Assembly: GCA_050304975.1 (NCBI GenBank)
Contig: JBNLEN010000008.1
Span: forward strand, 10,126-74,125
From: Polyangiaceae bacterium
GTDB lineage: Bacteria > Myxococcota_A > Polyangia > Polyangiales > Polyangiaceae
Length of the DNA: 64,000 nt
Direction: 5' to 3'
In this document: one piece after another, positions 61,773-64,000 of the stretch
How positions within the stretch are numbered: the first letter of the stretch is position 1
How the letters are laid out: each line of letters starts with the position of its first letter
Made by a program: the position numbers and the translations under genes
Notes under the pieces: generated by a model
What the model saw: the letters and a program-made list of their open reading frames with translations, nothing else
What the model was told of the DNA's origin: nothing
Databases searched by the model: none

Positions 61773-63470
61773 CTAGCGCAAATCCAACTCGTAGGGGAGC
61801 ATGTAAAACGTGCGTGCTTGTCCCAGGTCTTCGGCGCGTTCGATCGCGCTGCGCACTGGCGCGGGGAGTCCGGCAGCCAGCGACGCTTTTGCAGAAGGCC
61901 TGATGCGCGCTTTGAGCGTCTGGAGCAGTGTCTGCCGGTTGAAGTCCACGAGCGCCAGCGGTGAGTCTTCCTTCAACCTCAGCTGCTGTCGGACACTGTT
62001 CAAGACTTCTCTAAAGCCGCCCTCCTCGTCAACCAACCCGCGCTCGCGCGCTTGAGAGCCTGTCCAGACGCGCCCGCGCGCCACCTGATCCAGCTGCTCG
62101 AACGTCTGTCCCCGCCCGCGCGCCATTTTCCCGACAAAATCTTCGTAGAACGCATCCACTTCTTCCGAGAGCCGTTTCAGCTCAGCCTCCCCCCAGGGGT
62201 GCGCTGCGGAAAAGAATGCGGCGTGGGGATGCGAAACTATCGACTCGCTCTTGATCCCAAGTTTGTGCAGCAGACCTGAAATCGCAAACTTGCCGGCCAC
62301 CACGCCAATGGACCCCGTGATGGTGCTTGGGCTAGCCCAAATCTTCACGCCCGAAAGCCCGCTGACGTAGTACCCCCCAGAAGCCGCGACATCTGCCATC
62401 GACACAAACACGGGTTTCTTTTCCCGGGCACGCGACAACGCATGCCACATCAGATCACTAGCGAGGGCACTGCCACCAGGCGAATCTACCCGCAGCACGA
62501 TGGCCTTCACGTCCTTCGCCTCTGCCGCTCGCTCTACCGCTTTGACAAAGCTCCTGGCTCCGGTAGCGCGCGGTCCATGACTGCCCGGAGAATCGGAACC
62601 GGTCTTGATGCTCCCCGTGACCCGCAGCAATCCGATCTTCACTGGCCGAGTAGGGTACCAACGGCGCTGACGCCGCTTGAGATATCTGTGGGCGCGAATG
62701 AAGCGTTCGTGCTTGGCGTCCTTTAGGGGCTGCACGATTTCGTCGGGGTACGCCAGCTTGTCAACTAGCCTTTGTTGCAAGGCTTGGCTTGCCCGGAAAG
62801 GCCCAGCCTCAACGGCATGATTGGCCTCCTCAGAGGAAAGCCCTCGCGCTTGCGCGACGCGCGCGAGCAACTGTTGGCTCAAGTCGCCCACCAATGCGGT
62901 GAGCATCTCACGGTTGGCTTCGCTCAGCTCGCGTTCGGTAAAAACTTCGCGGGCGCTCTTGTACTCGCCTCGAGCCTGGAGCTGCGCCTCAATCCCAGCC
63001 TTGTCGAGCAGCCCGCGCAGCAGCGTGAATTCACTCGCTACGCCACTGAGGTTCAGGCTTCCGGTTGGCGCAAGTACAATCTCACTCGCCCCAAGCGCTA
63101 CCCAATACGAGCGCAAGGACAGCTCTTCCGCGAGCACGACCACGCGTTTTCCTGCGGCGGCTACACGAGCGAGTGCCGCCCGCAGCTCTTCGGCGCGGGC
63201 CAGGCCAGGCTGGAATTCCCGAATGTGAACAAGCAGAGTGCGGATTCCGCCATCCGTCTCGGCGAGCTTCAGCGCCGAAAGCAGGGGCAGCAAGGCAGTC
63301 ACCGGTTCCGACATCACTAAACCGCCCGTTGGCGAGAGATCCACCACCGGCCCCTGGAGTTGCAGCTCCAGTACGGTTGGACGCGAGCGGCGCCCGAATG
63401 CCGCGCGCAGGGCATGCAGCGGCAACGCAATAGGAAGAAACACAAGCCAGAGCAGCCAACGCAGCAACAT
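61773..63470 (-). CDS. sppA: Signal peptide peptidase SppA, 67K (tandem S49 domain) type
   Basis: The ATG at 63468-63470 gives the TM anchor MLLRWLLWLVFLPIALPL. Two S49 halves are present: TLLVHIREFQPGLARAEEL..., and VLRVDSPGGSALASDLMWHAL, VFVSMADVAASGGYYVS, ITGSIGVV. The 175-aa N-terminal extension in the ORF track is rejected. Confidence 0.88.
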   Translation of the reverse strand: MLLRWLLWLVFLPIALPLHALRAAFGRRSRPTVLELQLQGPVVDLSPTGGLVMSEPVTALLPLLSALKLAETDGGIRTLLVHIREFQPGLARAEELRAALARVAAAGKRVVVLAEELSLRSYWVALGASEIVLAPTGSLNLSGVASEFTLLRGLLDKAGIEAQLQARGEYKSAREVFTERELSEANREMLTALVGDLSQQLLARVAQARGLSSEEANHAVEAGPFRASQALQQRLVDKLAYPDEIVQPLKDAKHERFIRAHRYLKRRQRRWYPTRPVKIGLLRVTGSIKTGSDSPGSHGPRATGARSFVKAVERAAEAKDVKAIVLRVDSPGGSALASDLMWHALSRAREKKPVFVSMADVAASGGYYVSGLSGVKIWASPSTITGSIGVVAGKFAISGLLHKLGIKSESIVSHPHAAFFSAAHPWGEAELKRLSEEVDAFYEDFVGKMARGRGQTFEQLDQVARGRVWTGSQARERGLVDEEGGFREVLNSVRQQLRLKEDSPLALVDFNRQTLLQTLKARIRPSAKASLAAGLPAPVRSAIERAEDLGQARTFYMLPYELDLR

Positions 63471-63584
63471 GCTCTTCCCCGTAAGACGCCACAGGTCGAT
63501 AAGCAATGGTAAGCCCACCTCAATCTCCGTTTTCTCCCGCCGTTTTTCTCTCGCGAGCCCGCGCTTGGCCACTATGATGGCCCC

Positions 63585-64000
63585 ATGCTCGAAACCGTGC
63601 GAGTACCGGCCAAGTTCGCGCCTCTGTTCGAGCAGGCTCAGGACTACGTCTCGCGATATTTCAGCAGTCTCAAGTCTGACCCCAAACAAGCGCGGATCGA
63701 GGTAGCTGGGCAGCGCTATGTGCTGGTCCGAGCGGGAGCCGTATCGGTCGAGTTCTTCGAAATGGTCGAGCGGTTGTACACGAATGACGAGCGACCCGAA
63801 GCGCTCGATGTCGCTCGCCGCTTGTTGTTCGACATCGCCCATGCCATGGGCATGGCGGACGCGCGCGCCTTTTCCGAGCGCATGCAGGTCACGGAGCCTA
63901 TCGCCAAGCTTTCGGCCGGCCCCGTGCACTTTGCGTACGCTGGTTGGGCCTTCGTGGACATCGCTGAAAGCAGTTCGCCCACGCCGGATGAACACTGCTA
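63585..64000 (+). CDS. 3'-truncated ORF absent from the ORF track: XylR-N/V4R-like sensory domain protein (partial)
   Basis: My translation from the ATG at 63585 is MLETVRVPAKFAPLFEQAQDYVSRYFSSLKSDPKQARIEVAGQRYVLVRAGAVSVEFFEMVERLYTNDERPEALDVARRLLFDIAHAMGMADARAFSERMQVTEPIAKLSAGPVHFAYAGWAFVDIAESSSPTPDEHC. The frame is open to the window end and third-position GC is high. The domain guess rests on the RYVLVRA...ARRLLFDIAHAMGMADA pattern. Confidence 0.6.
   Translation, partial: MLETVRVPAKFAPLFEQAQDYVSRYFSSLKSDPKQARIEVAGQRYVLVRAGAVSVEFFEMVERLYTNDERPEALDVARRLLFDIAHAMGMADARAFSERMQVTEPIAKLSAGPVHFAYAGWAFVDIAESSSPTPDEHC

Noticed and set aside
63471-63995. The 175-aa N-terminal extension of the sppA ORF (the 740-aa track entry).
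   Set aside because: A canonical SppA TM anchor begins at the ATG at 63470. The extension is Arg/Gly/His-rich and overlaps a better-looking divergent ORF starting at 63585.
1-64000. A search for mobile elements, prophage genes, toxin-antitoxin pairs, restriction-modification systems or other defence systems, and for tRNA or rRNA genes.
   Set aside because: I recognised no transposase, integrase, phage structural gene, nuclease-ATPase pairing, terminal inverted repeat or cloverleaf-compatible segment. The window reads as core chromosome.

Overview
High-GC bacterial chromosomal window, densely coding on both strands: about 38 protein-coding genes. I found no rRNA, tRNA, CRISPR array, transposase or integrase. 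All calls come from reading motifs in the supplied translations and DNA; no searches were run.

Several features suggest Myxococcota (inference only): a MYXO-CTERM-like sorting tail, an AgmX/PglI-type TonB-C-like domain, an FHA-GGDEF protein, hybrid histidine kinases sharing an identical H-box, and many Cys-rich lipoproteins.

Gene content in order:
- uvrA (5'-truncated), an S1-domain protein, a WecA/MraY-like GT4 transferase, a secreted CXXCH/propeller-like protein, RNase HI with a zinc ribbon, and an FHA-GGDEF cyclase.
- A 9.9-kb operon of two giant FecR-VIT-vWA paralogues plus a membrane protein.
- A Kelch lipoprotein, a Cys-rich ferritin-like lipoprotein, a hybrid kinase, a matrixin protease, a RluA-family pseudouridine synthase, putA and pyrC.
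- A hybrid kinase, a 1855-aa single-chain biotin carboxylase/BCCP/carboxyltransferase, and an OmpR-family regulator.
- An orphan GspG-like pseudopilin, aat, a TPR-GT9 protein and cysDN.
- A Cys-rich lipoprotein / beta-barrel / small PBP-like trio, an OmpA-like lipoprotein, and an ECF sigma / anti-sigma pair.
- A CotH lipoprotein and an HExxH lipoprotein.
- A lysine-degradation pair (LysDH-like plus ALDH7-type P6C dehydrogenase) divergent from an unassigned 460-aa protein, then sppA, and a 3'-truncated sensory-domain ORF that is missing from the ORF track.

I do not see a clear-cut novel defence or mobile system. The best candidates for undescribed biology are:
1. The translationally coupled FecR-VIT-vWA paralogue operon (10060-19985).
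2. The eukaryote-like single-chain carboxylase bracketed by a two-component pair (32363-40739).
3. CysN fused to a degenerate APS-kinase-like domain.
4. The Cys-rich lipoprotein / beta-barrel / PBP-like trio.
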